Notes: generated from the letters alone by a model not told the origin. Positions 18,549 through 29,437 are shown, counted from the first letter of the stretch. The stretch: DNA of 64,000 nucleotides from an uncultured Acidobacteriota bacterium (GCA_963827655.1 CAWHCF010000052.1:1-64000); one strand, 5' to 3'. Made by a program: numbers and translations.

Positions 18549-20000
18549 CTATTTTAAGACGAGGGCCGATTGAGTCGCAAGATTGAGGAACGGCGCCGGG
18601 TAAACGCCCAGCCAGAGAACTCCCAGGGCTGCTACCAGAGTAATCCCGAGTACCGGGAGGCTGATCGGATCCGGCTGCGGCTGCGCCTCGTAGGCTTCCT
18701 TCATGTACATCACGACCATCAGGCGGAAATAATAGAAGACCGACACCAGGCTATTGAGTACGGCGATTATAGCGAGACCGATGTATCCCTGCTGGATGGC
18801 CGCGCTGAAAAGGTAAAACTTACCCATGAAGCCCCCGGTTAGCGGAAAACCGGCTAGAGAGATCAGAAAAATCGAGAGGGATGCCGCCGCCAGGGGCGCT
18901 TTGCGCCCCAGTCCCGTATAGTCGTCCAGGTTCACGCGCAAGTCTCCCTTGCGGCTTAGCGAAAGAACGATGCAAAACGCGCCGGCATTCATGACCGTGT
19001 AGACGACCAGGTAAAAGAGAACGGCGCCCAGCCCCGCCTTGTTGTGAGCAACGATTCCGATCAGGATGTATCCGGCGTGCGCAATGGCGGAGTAAGCCAG
19101 CATCCGCTTTACGTTGGTCTGAAGAATGGCGACGACATTCCCGACCGTCATGGTCAAAACGGCCGAGACCCACAGGAGCGCGCTCCAGTGTGGCTGCAAG
19201 GAAGGAAGGGCTTCGACCAGCACCCTGACGAGCGCTGCAAAACCGGCCGCCTTCGGACCGACCGTCATGAACGCTGTCACTGGAGTCGGAGCGCCTTCGT
19301 AAACGTCGGGCGCCCAGGCATGAAATGGAACGGTCGCCACCTTGAATCCGAACCCCACCAGCAGGAGCCCCATCCCGATCAGGGTCGTCACCTGCGCCGA
19401 GCCTTGCAGTTGAGCCACCGCTTGAATAGAACGGTAGTTTGTGCTGCCCGAGCCGCCGTAAATAAGAGCAATTCCGTAGAGAAGAAACGCGGTAGCGAAG
19501 GAGCCCAGCAGAAAATACTTCAAAGACGACTCGTTGGATCGGACGTCGTTGCGCTTGAATCCCGCCAGCACGTAAGTAGCGATCGAAAGAATCTCGATTC
19601 CCAGAAACGTGAGGATCAGATCGGCGCTGGCCGCCATCAGCAGCATCCCCGAGCAGGCAAACAGCAGCAGGGCGTAATACTCTCCTCGATTGATAGACTC
19701 CCTCTCATTGAAGCGCATCGAGATCAGAGCCGAAATGGCCGTGATCACGAGGAAAAGCCACTGGAAGAAAAGCGTGAAATCATCTACGACAAACATCCCG
19801 CCGAATGCCAGGTTAGCCCTGCCTGCAGATTGAGCCTTCAGGCTGTAGGTCCCAAGAAAGGCGAGAAAGCAGGTGAAGATCGCGATCTGGCCAAATCGAC
19901 TCTTCCGTTCAGTCGCGGTAAAAGGCTCCAGAATCATGATGGCCATTCCCCCCAGAACAAGGATGATCAAGGGAAGGGCGGGGAGATAATCGGCAGCCAT
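18549..20000 (-). CDS. nuoN: NADH-quinone oxidoreductase subunit N
   Basis: ESSLKYFLLG, FKVATVPFHAWAPDVYEGAP, KRMLAYS. Confidence 0.97.
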   Translation of the reverse strand: MAADYLPALPLIILVLGGMAIMILEPFTATERKSRFGQIAIFTCFLAFLGTYSLKAQSAGRANLAFGGMFVVDDFTLFFQWLFLVITAISALISMRFNERESINRGEYYALLLFACSGMLLMAASADLILTFLGIEILSIATYVLAGFKRNDVRSNESSLKYFLLGSFATAFLLYGIALIYGGSGSTNYRSIQAVAQLQGSAQVTTLIGMGLLLVGFGFKVATVPFHAWAPDVYEGAPTPVTAFMTVGPKAAGFAALVRVLVEALPSLQPHWSALLWVSAVLTMTVGNVVAILQTNVKRMLAYSAIAHAGYILIGIVAHNKAGLGAVLFYLVVYTVMNAGAFCIVLSLSRKGDLRVNLDDYTGLGRKAPLAAASLSIFLISLAGFPLTGGFMGKFYLFSAAIQQGYIGLAIIAVLNSLVSVFYYFRLMVVMYMKEAYEAQPQPDPISLPVLGITLVAALGVLWLGVYPAPFLNLATQSALVLK

Positions 20001-21565
20001 CAGCGCATCCTCTCCGTCACGACAGGGGCCTGGAGACGTTCGACCCGGAATCCCCCTGCCGGATTCCGAGCCTTATCAATTCGTTGCTGCACGAGCTGGA
20101 TGCTCGCATCCATGCGCCGCAGAACGGGCCCCGAGTAGACCCCGATCCAGAGCATCAGCCCCAGGACAGGAATGAGAATCAGCTTTTCCCGCGTTCCCAG
20201 GTCCTTCATTGCGACGTTGGCGGGATTTGTGAGCTTCCCGAGGAAGACTCGCTGATACATCCACAGCATGTAGACCGCCCCCAGAATCATCCCCGACGCG
20301 GCAACCGCGGCGCGAACGCGGCTGTTCAGGAAGGTGCCGGCCAGCACGAGAATCTCTCCGACAAATCCGTTGAGTCCCGGGAGTCCAATCGAGGACAGAG
20401 TGACGACCAGAAAGCAAGCCGCGAGGACTGGAGCGACATGAGCGAGTCCTCCAAACTCGGAGATCAGGCGCGTGTGTCTGCGCTCGTAGATCATCCCGAC
20501 AAGGAGAAACAGCGCGCCGGTGGAAAGACCGTGATTGAGCATCTGGAGCGTTGCCCCTTCGAGAGCCTCTCCGGTGAAGGCAAATATTCCCAGGACCACC
20601 AATCCCATGTGGCTGACTGAAGAGTAGGCCACCAGCTTCTTAAGGTCAGGCTGAACCATGGCCACGAGCGCGCCATAGATGATGCCGATCAACGCCAGAA
20701 GGGAGAGGAGTGGCGCAACGCTGAGGGCCACGGAAGGGAAGAGCGGCAGGCAAAAGCGCAGGAGTCCGTAGGTTCCCATTTTCAAAAGCACTCCGGCGAG
20801 GATCACGGAGCCGGCCGTGGGCGCTTCGACATGGGCATCGGGGAGCCAGGTATGGAAGGGAAAAAGCGGGACCTTTATCGCGAACGCAATGAGAAAGGCC
20901 ATAAAGAGCCAGAATTCTTCGCGCGCCGTGAGCCGCAGCGCGCCCGAAGCCAGGTTGCGCGAGATTTCAAGCAGATCGAAGCTCGAGCCGCCGTTCGCCA
21001 GAAACAGGTACAGGATGGCAAGGAGCATCAATAACGAACCGGCGATCGTGTACAGGATGAATTTGACGGCCGCATAGATCCGGCGCTCCGCTCCCCAGAC
21101 CCCGATCAGAAAATACATCGGGATCAGCATCACCTCCCAGAAGACATAGAACAGGACCAGGTCCAGGGAGCAGAAGACGCCCACGATCCCGGTCTCGAGC
21201 ACCAGGAGGCAGATCATGTAACCTTTGATTCCGCGCTCGACCGAACGCCATGAAGAAAGGATGGCCAGAGGAGTGAGAAGAGTAGTGAGCAAGATCAGAA
21301 AAAGGCTGATGCCGTCAACTCCGAGGTGGTGGGAAACACGATAGCCCTGCGCCTGAAACCACGTCGTCGACTCGACGAACTGCATCCCGCCGTTATTGCT
21401 GTCAAAGCGATAGAGCAGGTCGAGAGAGAGCAGGAATGTAGCCAGCGAGGCGAGGAGAGCAAAAACCTTGATAGCGCGCTCGAGCCGTTTCGGGAACACC
21501 AGAAGCGCAGCCGCCGCGGCGGCGGGAAGGTAGGTTACAATACTCGCGATGTTGGGGATCTCCAT
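20000..21565 (-). CDS. nuoM: NADH-quinone oxidoreductase subunit M
   Basis: FYVFWEVMLIPMY, KVPLFPFHTWLPDAHVEAP, LLKMG. Confidence 0.97.
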   Translation of the reverse strand: MEIPNIASIVTYLPAAAAAALLVFPKRLERAIKVFALLASLATFLLSLDLLYRFDSNNGGMQFVESTTWFQAQGYRVSHHLGVDGISLFLILLTTLLTPLAILSSWRSVERGIKGYMICLLVLETGIVGVFCSLDLVLFYVFWEVMLIPMYFLIGVWGAERRIYAAVKFILYTIAGSLLMLLAILYLFLANGGSSFDLLEISRNLASGALRLTAREEFWLFMAFLIAFAIKVPLFPFHTWLPDAHVEAPTAGSVILAGVLLKMGTYGLLRFCLPLFPSVALSVAPLLSLLALIGIIYGALVAMVQPDLKKLVAYSSVSHMGLVVLGIFAFTGEALEGATLQMLNHGLSTGALFLLVGMIYERRHTRLISEFGGLAHVAPVLAACFLVVTLSSIGLPGLNGFVGEILVLAGTFLNSRVRAAVAASGMILGAVYMLWMYQRVFLGKLTNPANVAMKDLGTREKLILIPVLGLMLWIGVYSGPVLRRMDASIQLVQQRIDKARNPAGGFRVERLQAPVVTERMR

Positions 21566-21577
21566 GCGGCGCCTGCT

Positions 21578-23506
21578 TCAGCCTCGCACTACAGTATAGA
21601 TATAGAAGAGCAGCGCGACGGCCCCCGCCAGAATCCAGGAGGCATAACTGCGCACCAGGCCGTTTTGAAGGTTCTTCAAGACGCCGGCCAAGTTCTGCAT
21701 CATTCGCGCCACGCCATTCACCGCGCCGTCGATCACCCCCACGTCGAACCGCTTCCACAGGATGTCGCGCGAGCCCGATACCGTGGGATCCACAAAGACG
21801 GCATCATAGATTTCGTCGACGTAGTATTTCCGGCGCAGCAGCGTGTGGACGGCAGAAAAGCGCGCCGCCAGTGACGCGGACAGAGAGGGGCGGGTTACGT
21901 AGCAGCGATACGCCAGGCCGATGCCCGCCAGCGCCACCGCGACCGAGATAAGGGCCAAGAGAATCTCCACGGAATGGGAGCCGGACGCGTGCTCGGTTTC
22001 GTGCGCCAGCCTCAGAGACGGGCGCAAGAAATCCCCAAAGCTATTGTGACCGAGCCAGGCAGGCAGCCCTACCCAACCGCCCACAAAGGAGAGAAGCGCC
22101 AGGACCACCAGCGGCACAGTCATACTCGGAGGCGATTCGTGCACATGATGCTTCTTTTCCTCATCCATCCGCTCGTTGCCCCAGAACGCCAAGCTGATCA
22201 GGCGAAACATGTAGAAGGCCGTCAACCCTGCGGTTGCCAGACCCACTGCCCACACCAAGGGATGCCCGCTGGACCAGGCTGACCAGAGAATCTCGTCTTT
22301 GCTGAAGAAACCCGCGAACGGAAAGATTCCGCTGATGGCCAGAGCGCCGACGACCATGGTCCAATGAGTGACCGGAATATACCGGCGCAGGCCGCCCATG
22401 CGCAGCAGATCCTGTTCTCCGCTCATGGCATGTATGACGCTGCCTGCGCCGAGGAAGAGGAGCGCTTTGAAGAAAGCGTGGGTCATGAGGTGAAAAATGC
22501 CTGCGGTGAACGCGCCCACGCCCACAGCCACAAACATGTAACCGAGCTGGCTCACCGTGGAATAGGCAAGCACTCGCTTGATGTCGGTCTGGGCCAGGCC
22601 GATGGTCGCGGCCATAAAAGCCGTCAAGATGCCAACCAGGGTGACGGCCTCGAGGGCATAGGGAGCGCGACTGAAGATGGGAGAGCAGCGCACCACCATG
22701 TACACGCCCGCCGTCACCATGGTGGCCGCGTGAATCAGGGCGCTCACCGGAGTGGGACCTTCCATCGCATCAGGAAGCCATACGTAGAGAGGAATCTGGG
22801 CGCTCTTTCCAGTGGCGCCGATGAACAAGAGCAGCCCGATGGCCGTCAAGACGCCTGCCCCGGTTTCGACCGAATACGAGGTTGCGACCTTCTGAAAGAC
22901 CTCGCCGAAGTCCAGGCTTCTGAAAGTCTCGAAAATCAGGAAGATGCCCAGAACAAATCCCACGTCGCCAATGCGGTTTACGATGAACGCCTTCTTGCCC
23001 GCGTCGGAGGCGCTCTTGCGTTCGAAGTAGTAACCGATAAGAAGGTAAGAACAGAGACCTACCCCTTCCCACCCCACAAACATCAGCATGAAGTTATTGG
23101 CCAGGACCAGGACCAGCATCGAGAACATGAAGAGGTTCAGGTAAGCAAAAAAGCGATAGTAGCCATCTTCGGCATGCATGTAGCCGATCGAATAGACGTG
23201 AATGAGAAATCCCACACCCGTGACCACCAGCATCATGACCGCTGACAGCGGATCGAGCAGGAAGTCCGCTTTAGCGACAAATTCCTCGGATTGGATCCAG
23301 GTGAACAGGGTCTGAACCAGCCGCCGGTCTTCAGCCGGGAGTTTGACCAGATCCAGCACCACGGCTGCCGAAACCAGGAAGGACAAGCCGGCGGCGCCGC
23401 ATGCGACAAACGTCACAACGCTCTTGGACAAGCGTCTTCCCAGGAGGCCGCTTATCGCCGAACCTGCCAGTGGAAGCAGAGGAACCAGCCAGAGATATTT
23501 GCTCAT
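21578..23506 (-). CDS. nuoL: NADH-quinone oxidoreductase subunit L
   Basis: GWEGVGLCSY, GKSAQIPLYVWLPDAMEGPTPVSALIHAATMV. Confidence 0.97.
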   Translation of the reverse strand: MSKYLWLVPLLPLAGSAISGLLGRRLSKSVVTFVACGAAGLSFLVSAAVVLDLVKLPAEDRRLVQTLFTWIQSEEFVAKADFLLDPLSAVMMLVVTGVGFLIHVYSIGYMHAEDGYYRFFAYLNLFMFSMLVLVLANNFMLMFVGWEGVGLCSYLLIGYYFERKSASDAGKKAFIVNRIGDVGFVLGIFLIFETFRSLDFGEVFQKVATSYSVETGAGVLTAIGLLLFIGATGKSAQIPLYVWLPDAMEGPTPVSALIHAATMVTAGVYMVVRCSPIFSRAPYALEAVTLVGILTAFMAATIGLAQTDIKRVLAYSTVSQLGYMFVAVGVGAFTAGIFHLMTHAFFKALLFLGAGSVIHAMSGEQDLLRMGGLRRYIPVTHWTMVVGALAISGIFPFAGFFSKDEILWSAWSSGHPLVWAVGLATAGLTAFYMFRLISLAFWGNERMDEEKKHHVHESPPSMTVPLVVLALLSFVGGWVGLPAWLGHNSFGDFLRPSLRLAHETEHASGSHSVEILLALISVAVALAGIGLAYRCYVTRPSLSASLAARFSAVHTLLRRKYYVDEIYDAVFVDPTVSGSRDILWKRFDVGVIDGAVNGVARMMQNLAGVLKNLQNGLVRSYASWILAGAVALLFYIYTVVRG

Positions 23507-23522
23507 CTCTTTCGCGCGCGCG

Positions 23523-23822
23523 TCACCACTTCATGATATCTGCATCATCGACACTTAGAGTTTTCCGATTGCGATAGAGCGCGATGGTAATCGCGAGCCC
23601 CACGGCAGCTTCGGCAGCGGCCACGACCATAACCAGAAAGACAAATATCTGACCGTGTATCTGACCCAGATAAGAGGAGAAAGCGACGAAACTCAGGTTC
23701 GCCGCATTGAGCATCAACTCAATGCAGAGAAAGATGGCGATCACATTCTTCTTTACGATTACTCCTACGGTTCCGATGGTGAACAGAAGAGCGCTCAGTA
23801 TCAAGTAAGGAAGGATGCCCAT
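23523..23822 (-). CDS. nuoK: NADH-quinone oxidoreductase subunit K
   Basis: [21 protein letters not shown]. Confidence 0.97.
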   Translation of the reverse strand: MGILPYLILSALLFTIGTVGVIVKKNVIAIFLCIELMLNAANLSFVAFSSYLGQIHGQIFVFLVMVVAAAEAAVGLAITIALYRNRKTLSVDDADIMKW

Positions 23823-23831
23823 GTATTGCCT

Positions 23832-24335
23832 TCAGGCTTGTTTTTTGGCCAGGACAACGGCCCCAATGATTCCCACCAGGATCAGAATAGATGTGACCTC
23901 GAACGGAAGCAGATAGTCGGTGAAAAGGGCATGTCCGATCCGCTGGACATCGCTGGCGGGCACCAGGGTTTCCGGTTCGCGAGGCACCTTCGACAAGTCG
24001 TACGCCTTGAGAAGGGGATAGAGCAGGACCAGCGCTATTCCTCCCATTGACGCGCCAACATATCCCAGCCGTTTTCTCTTGTCGGTAAGGACGGGAGGAG
24101 AAAAAGGATCCAGCAGCATGATCACGAACAGGAACAACACCATGATGGCCCCGGCATAGACAATAACCTGGACGGCGGCAATGAACTGGGCTTTGAGCAG
24201 AAGGTATATTCCCGACAGGGCGCAGAGACAGACGATCAAAGAAATCGCCGAATAAACCAATCGCCGCTGGGCGACTACGCTGACGGCCGATATCAGCGCG
24301 ATTCCACCGAAGAGATAGAACAGCCAGATTTCCAC
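23832..24335 (-). CDS. nuoJ: NADH-quinone oxidoreductase subunit J
   Basis: QVIVYAGAIMVLFLFVIMLL, YLLPFE. Confidence 0.96.
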   Translation of the reverse strand: MEIWLFYLFGGIALISAVSVVAQRRLVYSAISLIVCLCALSGIYLLLKAQFIAAVQVIVYAGAIMVLFLFVIMLLDPFSPPVLTDKRKRLGYVGASMGGIALVLLYPLLKAYDLSKVPREPETLVPASDVQRIGHALFTDYLLPFEVTSILILVGIIGAVVLAKKQA

Positions 24336-24800
24336 TTATTTCAAACCCGCCAGAATCTGATCCAACCGGTCCGGAGTGAGATTCTCGTGATAATCCTGGT
24401 TGATTTGCGCGACCGGAGCGGTGTCGCACGACGCAAGGCACTCGACTTCCATCAGCGTGAACTTCTTGTCCGGCGTCGTTTCACCCGGGCTAATGCCGAG
24501 CGAAGTCTTAAGGTGCAACATGATCGCTTCGCAGTTGCACAAAAGGCAGGAAATGTTGGTACAGACCTGAATTACATACTTTCCTACAGGCCTTTTGAAC
24601 AGCATGGTGTAGAAACTCGCTACCTCGTATACCTCGTTGGGGGGAAGGCGGAACATCTGCGCAACCTCACGGACCGCGTCGGGCGAAAGGTATCCGAGCT
24701 CATCCTGAGCGATCTGAAGCGAGGGGATCAATGCCGATCGTGGTTGGGGATACTTCTTGATCAGAGCCTCAATTCTTTGGACCGTCGCTTCCGATAACAT
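24336..24800 (-). CDS. nuoE: NADH-quinone oxidoreductase subunit E (2Fe-2S)
   Basis: EVASFYTM, VCTNISC...VECLASC..AP. Confidence 0.93.
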   Translation of the reverse strand: MLSEATVQRIEALIKKYPQPRSALIPSLQIAQDELGYLSPDAVREVAQMFRLPPNEVYEVASFYTMLFKRPVGKYVIQVCTNISCLLCNCEAIMLHLKTSLGISPGETTPDKKFTLMEVECLASCDTAPVAQINQDYHENLTPDRLDQILAGLK

Positions 24801-25019
24801 GTTCGATTACGTTCTCCGCTGGATCACGGTGTCAGCTGCCTGTTTTGTGACGGCCTTATTTATCATGGTACATGCCTGAAGGTCTATGTTTTCTCCGCTA
24901 GCAAATACCGCTAAGACTCGAAGACGCAAAGAAACACTAAGAACCTTAGGCGAACCCAGGAAACGTGTGGGACCTCCCCGCTTTTTGATGTATCATACGG
25001 ACTGACTTCGAGACATTCG

Positions 25020-25220
25020 ATGACCCTTGAGATCAACGGCGAAAGGCGATCGGTACCGCCCCTTGAAAATCTTGGAGAACTCCTCTCCTTCCTGGGAGTC
25101 GGCCAGGACCGAATCGCCGTTGAGGTCAACCACAGGCTGATTCGCCGTGTGCGTTGGAGCACGACCATGCTCGCCGATCAAGATAAAGTCGAGATCGTGC
25201 AGTTTGTGGGCGGGGGTTAA
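25020..25220 (+). CDS. thiS: Sulfur carrier protein ThiS
   Basis: INGE...IAVEVN...EIVQFVGGG. Confidence 0.95.
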   Translation: MTLEINGERRSVPPLENLGELLSFLGVGQDRIAVEVNHRLIRRVRWSTTMLADQDKVEIVQFVGGG

Positions 25221-25237
25221 GGAGGCTACGCGGAATC

Positions 25238-26026
25238 ATGCCGTACAACCTTTCGGAGGATCCGCTGGTTCTGGGCGGCAGAACTTTTCGTTCCCGCCTC
25301 ATCGTGGGGACTGGAAAATACTCAAGTTTTGCGCTCATGAAACAGGCGCTGGAAATGTCGGGCGCCGAGATGGTCACGGTCGCCGTGCGGCGGGTGAATT
25401 TGAATGACAAGTCGGGGGAGTCACTCCTGGACTACATAGACTCGGCTCGCTTCACGCTCTTGCCCAACACTGCTGGCTGTTATACCGCCGAGGAAGCAAT
25501 TCGAATCGCCAACCTGGGGCGAGAGGCCGGGCTCTCCGAGTGGGTCAAGCTGGAAGTCATCGGTGACGAGAAAACTCTCTTTCCCGATACGGAAGGGCTC
25601 CTGACCGCGACCAAGATTCTCGTGAAAGACGGCTTCGTAGTTCTCCCTTACACTAACGACGATCCCGTTATGGCGCGGAAGCTCGAAGATGCCGGCGCCG
25701 CAGCGGTCATGCCTCTGGGCGCGCCCATCGGCTCCGGGATGGGGATTCAAAACGCGGCCAATCTGCAGATCATGCTGGAGAGTGTTTCCGTGCCTGTTAT
25801 CGTGGATGCCGGCGTAGGTACCGCCTCAGATGCCGCCATCGCCATGGAGCTGGGAAGCTATGCGGTCTTGATGAACACCGGCATCGCGGCCGCGACGGAC
25901 CCGGTGGCAATGGCGGAAGCAATGAAGCTGGCGGTGCAGGCTGGACGGCTGGCCTACAAGGCCGGTCGAATGCCCAAGAAGCTGTATGCATCCGCAAGTA
26001 GCCCCCTACAAGGCATCTCCCGCTGA
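25238..26026 (+). CDS. thiG: Thiazole synthase ThiG
   Basis: [33 protein letters not shown]. Confidence 0.98.
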   Translation: MPYNLSEDPLVLGGRTFRSRLIVGTGKYSSFALMKQALEMSGAEMVTVAVRRVNLNDKSGESLLDYIDSARFTLLPNTAGCYTAEEAIRIANLGREAGLSEWVKLEVIGDEKTLFPDTEGLLTATKILVKDGFVVLPYTNDDPVMARKLEDAGAAAVMPLGAPIGSGMGIQNAANLQIMLESVSVPVIVDAGVGTASDAAIAMELGSYAVLMNTGIAAATDPVAMAEAMKLAVQAGRLAYKAGRMPKKLYASASSPLQGISR

Positions 26027-26035
26027 CGGGAGCCG

Positions 26036-27523
26036 ATGCAGATCGAGCAGTATCGCCCACGCCTCGAACAATTCCATCACGACCTGAATCAGGAACTCTA
26101 TCTGCATTACTCCGGTCGGAAAGAAAACCTTGAGACCGCCGGCCTTTATTCGGACTTCTCGGACCTCTTCAGTCTAGAGACCATCCGGGAAATTCAGTCT
26201 GAAATCGATCGTCTTCCTTCTAACGGCTCCCGCAAGAAGACGTTTGCCAAGCTTCGCGCTTTTGCGGTAGAACACCACCTCGAGCACAACAGCCAGCACC
26301 TCTCGCAGGAAATAGCCGCGCTCGAAACCAAGAGCGCCATTTCCTGGGACGGTAGAAAGATCTGCGTCACCCAGGTTCCACTTTACCTAGCGAACGAACC
26401 GGACGCCCTGGGCCGGCGCCGCTTGAACGAACTGCGCGCGCAAGTGATCGACGGCTCCAATTCCTTGCGCAGGGAGAGGCTCGCGACCATGCAGACCGCG
26501 GCCCGCGCCCTGGGTTACAGGCATTATGTCGAAGCTCGCGAACAGACGACGGCCCTGAACTACACGGCGTTTCTGGCATCGGTCCAGACTCTGGTTGAAA
26601 GAACCGAGGACCTGTACCATGAAAATCTTTCGAGATCATTTCAGCGCGACCTGGGCCTGTCACTTCCAGAAGCTCACCGGTGCGACCTTCCTTACTGGAC
26701 TCGATTGAACGACTACGATCACGTCTACCGCAGGGAGCGTATGCTGCCGATCCTGTTCGAAAGCCTGGGCGGTTTGGGAATCGACCCCACAAGACAAGAT
26801 GCCATCTCGTTCGATCTGGATGAGCGGCCGCTCAAGCACCCACGCGCCTTTTGCGCTCCGTTACGAATACCGCAGGATATCCGAGTAGTCTTGCAACCCC
26901 GCGCAGGGCAGGATGGCTTTTCAGCGTTACTGCACGAGAGCGGACATGCTCAGCATTTTGCCTTTACCAGCCCCTCTCTTCCCGCTGAAGACCGCCTGTG
27001 TGGGGACCGCGGGCTGGCCGAGACTTATGGCTTTCTGCTGGAGCAGCTTCAGTGCAACGAAGTCTGGCTCAAGGAGGTTGTTGGGTTCGCTGAGCCCGCC
27101 GGTCTCACACGTTTTCGAACGTTGGCGCGCGCTCACCTGGTTCGCCGTCATTGCGCCAAACTGAGCTACGAATTAAGCCTCTACGGGGAAGGCCTGGAGA
27201 ATGCCCCCAAGGTATATGCCGACACTCTGTCGAGAGCCACAGGACTGCAATGCGATCCGCAGTCCTACCTCGCGGATGCAGAGGACGGTCTTGATTCAGC
27301 CGGCTATCTCAGAGCATGGATTTTTGAGCTGCAACTCAGAGACTATCTGCGTTCGAGGTTCGGCAATACATGGTTTGCGCACAAAGCGGCCGGACGTTTT
27401 CTAAAGGAGATCTGGGAAACCGGTCAGCTCTATAGCGTTGACGAGTTATGTCGCGAAATCGGCCTTGGCCAACTGGAGCCGCAGGTGCTTACGGACGACT
27501 TGATCTCAGGTCTTTTGAAATGA
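26036..27523 (+). CDS. M3-like gluzincin metallopeptidase
   Basis: KHPRAFC, LLHESGHAQH, downstream AETYGFLLE. Confidence 0.75.
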   Translation: MQIEQYRPRLEQFHHDLNQELYLHYSGRKENLETAGLYSDFSDLFSLETIREIQSEIDRLPSNGSRKKTFAKLRAFAVEHHLEHNSQHLSQEIAALETKSAISWDGRKICVTQVPLYLANEPDALGRRRLNELRAQVIDGSNSLRRERLATMQTAARALGYRHYVEAREQTTALNYTAFLASVQTLVERTEDLYHENLSRSFQRDLGLSLPEAHRCDLPYWTRLNDYDHVYRRERMLPILFESLGGLGIDPTRQDAISFDLDERPLKHPRAFCAPLRIPQDIRVVLQPRAGQDGFSALLHESGHAQHFAFTSPSLPAEDRLCGDRGLAETYGFLLEQLQCNEVWLKEVVGFAEPAGLTRFRTLARAHLVRRHCAKLSYELSLYGEGLENAPKVYADTLSRATGLQCDPQSYLADAEDGLDSAGYLRAWIFELQLRDYLRSRFGNTWFAHKAAGRFLKEIWETGQLYSVDELCREIGLGQLEPQVLTDDLISGLLK

Positions 27524-28611
27524 AGCGAGTAAAGGTCGACCTGGAAGAACGCAGTTACCCGATCATGGTCGGCGACGGGTTATTGCAGCAAACCGGTGAC
27601 CTCTTCAACCGACTGGGATTCTCGCGGCCGCCCGTGGTCATTTCGAATCCTCGTGTTCTCCGGCTCCATGGCCGACCGTTGCTGCAGTCTCTCGAACGGC
27701 GCTTTGGTCCGATTTCCGTGATTCGCATCCGCGATGGGGAGCGATTCAAGAATCAGGTTTCACTGCAACACGTCTACGACGAGCTGTTCCGGGCGAGGGC
27801 GGATCGGAAATCGTGGCTTATCGCTTTTGGTGGGGGCGTCGTCGGGGATCTGGCTGGTTTTGCCGCAGCTACCTTCATGCGCGGCATTCCCTATGTCAAC
27901 GTGCCTACAACCCTCCTGGCACAGGTCGATAGCTCCATCGGCGGGAAGGTTGGAATCAATGTGCGCCAGGGGAAGAATCTGATCGGGGTTTTTCACCAAC
28001 CGAGCGCCGTCGTGACTGATACGGCTGTTCTCAGCACATTGCCGTCCCGGGAGCTCGCGTCGGGACTATTCGAGGTGGTCAAGTGCGCAGCCATCCGGTC
28101 TGAAACGCTATTGCGCTATCTCGAAAGGAGACTCCCGGAGATCCAGTCGTGCCAGCCGCACGCCTTGGAGTACGTGGTCCTCGAATCGTGCCGCATCAAG
28201 GCGGAAGTCGTTTCCAGGGACGAGAGGGAAGGGAAGCATCGAATGATTCTCAACTATGGGCATACGGTGGGCCATGCCCTGGAAGCGGCCACGCACTATC
28301 GCAAGTTTACTCATGGCGAAGCCGTTGCCTGGGGAATGCTGGCTGCCCTGCAATTCGGCAACGAACTGGGGATGCTGGGTTCCGACCAGGGCGACCGCCT
28401 GGCGCGGCTGATTCGGCGGGTCGAGGAGCTTCCGGCGTTATCGGGCATTTCGTTCCAGGCGCTCTGGCGGTCGCTGAGCCACGACAAGAAATTTGGTTCC
28501 GCGCGGATTCGAATGATCCTGCTTCCCCGGCTTGGTTCCTCGAGAATCTGCGACGATATCGATCGGGCGCAACTCAAAAAATTTCTCAAGAACTTCCTGG
28601 CAAACCAGTAG
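27520..28611 (+). CDS. aroB: 3-dehydroquinate synthase
   Basis: GGGVVGDLAGF, PTTLLAQVDSSIGGK, LNYGHTVGHALE. Confidence 0.98.
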   Translation: MKRVKVDLEERSYPIMVGDGLLQQTGDLFNRLGFSRPPVVISNPRVLRLHGRPLLQSLERRFGPISVIRIRDGERFKNQVSLQHVYDELFRARADRKSWLIAFGGGVVGDLAGFAAATFMRGIPYVNVPTTLLAQVDSSIGGKVGINVRQGKNLIGVFHQPSAVVTDTAVLSTLPSRELASGLFEVVKCAAIRSETLLRYLERRLPEIQSCQPHALEYVVLESCRIKAEVVSRDEREGKHRMILNYGHTVGHALEAATHYRKFTHGEAVAWGMLAALQFGNELGMLGSDQGDRLARLIRRVEELPALSGISFQALWRSLSHDKKFGSARIRMILLPRLGSSRICDDIDRAQLKKFLKNFLANQ

Positions 28612-28616
28612 GAAGA

Positions 28617-28667
28617 ATTGACGATTGACGATAACATCGTCAATCGTCAATCGTAAATCGTCAATCG
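28617..28667. repeat. Heptamer (AATCGTC) tandem repeat forming a 16-bp hairpin
   Basis: ATTGACGATTGACGAT-aac-ATCGTCAATCGTCAAT plus further units. Confidence 0.85.
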
Positions 28668-28669
28668 AT

Positions 28670-29437
28670 ATGATTGCGGATGCCGAAAGCGCAAAGGCGC
28701 GCTCCGTTCGAGAGATGTTCGCGTCCATTGCCGGTCATTATGACTTTCTGAATCATCTGCTTTCGGGCAATGTGGACCGGCTCTGGCGGCGCGCTTTCGT
28801 GCGGGAAGTGGAGCAACGGCTTGCAGTTCCTCATCCTCAGATCCTCGACATCGGATGTGGCACCGCCGATCTTTCTCTGGCCTTCTCGAGATTGGGGAGC
28901 GTGGTTGGGTGCGACTTCTGCCATCCGATGCTGACGCTGGGAAAGCGAAAGGTCGCGATGGCCCGCAACCCTTACCAGGTACGGCTCCTCGCCGCGGACG
29001 CGCTTTCCCTCCCTTTTCCGGATTCTTCCTTTGGCGTCGTGGTATCGGCATTTGTAGTCAGGAATCTGGCAAATCTCGAGAAGGGGTTAGCGGAGATGCG
29101 ACGGGTTCTGGGGGAAGGAGGGCTCTTAGGCATTCTCGATTTTTCCCTGCCGTCCGCGCCCGTAGTCGGTCCACTCTATCGATACTACTTTACGAAAATT
29201 CTGCCGAAGATCGGCCGGCTTCTCTCAGGCGTGGAGGGTCCGTACAGCTATCTGCCGGAAAGCGTCAGGAGTTTTCCTCCCCCGGAACGACTGCGCCAGC
29301 TGATCGCGGCCGCCGGGTTCACGCAAGTGGAGTGTCATTCTCTGACAGGCGGGATTGCCGTCCTCTTTCTGGGAAGAAGAACCGTTCGCGAAGACTCGAA
29401 TAAACTTGAGAAGCCGTCTACGGATTTCGCGCCGTGA
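28670..29437 (+). CDS. menG: UbiE/MenG menaquinone C-methyltransferase
   Basis: VREMFASIAGHYDFLNHLLS, LDIGCGTAD, YSYLPESV. Confidence 0.93.
   Translation: MIADAESAKARSVREMFASIAGHYDFLNHLLSGNVDRLWRRAFVREVEQRLAVPHPQILDIGCGTADLSLAFSRLGSVVGCDFCHPMLTLGKRKVAMARNPYQVRLLAADALSLPFPDSSFGVVVSAFVVRNLANLEKGLAEMRRVLGEGGLLGILDFSLPSAPVVGPLYRYYFTKILPKIGRLLSGVEGPYSYLPESVRSFPPPERLRQLIAAAGFTQVECHSLTGGIAVLFLGRRTVREDSNKLEKPSTDFAP

Noticed and set aside
19044-23245. Long plus-strand ORFs opposite nuoN/M/L
   Set aside because: Shadow ORFs of high-GC membrane protein genes
24801-25019. TPP riboswitch upstream of thiS
   Set aside because: CTGAGA and ACCTG core motifs not present
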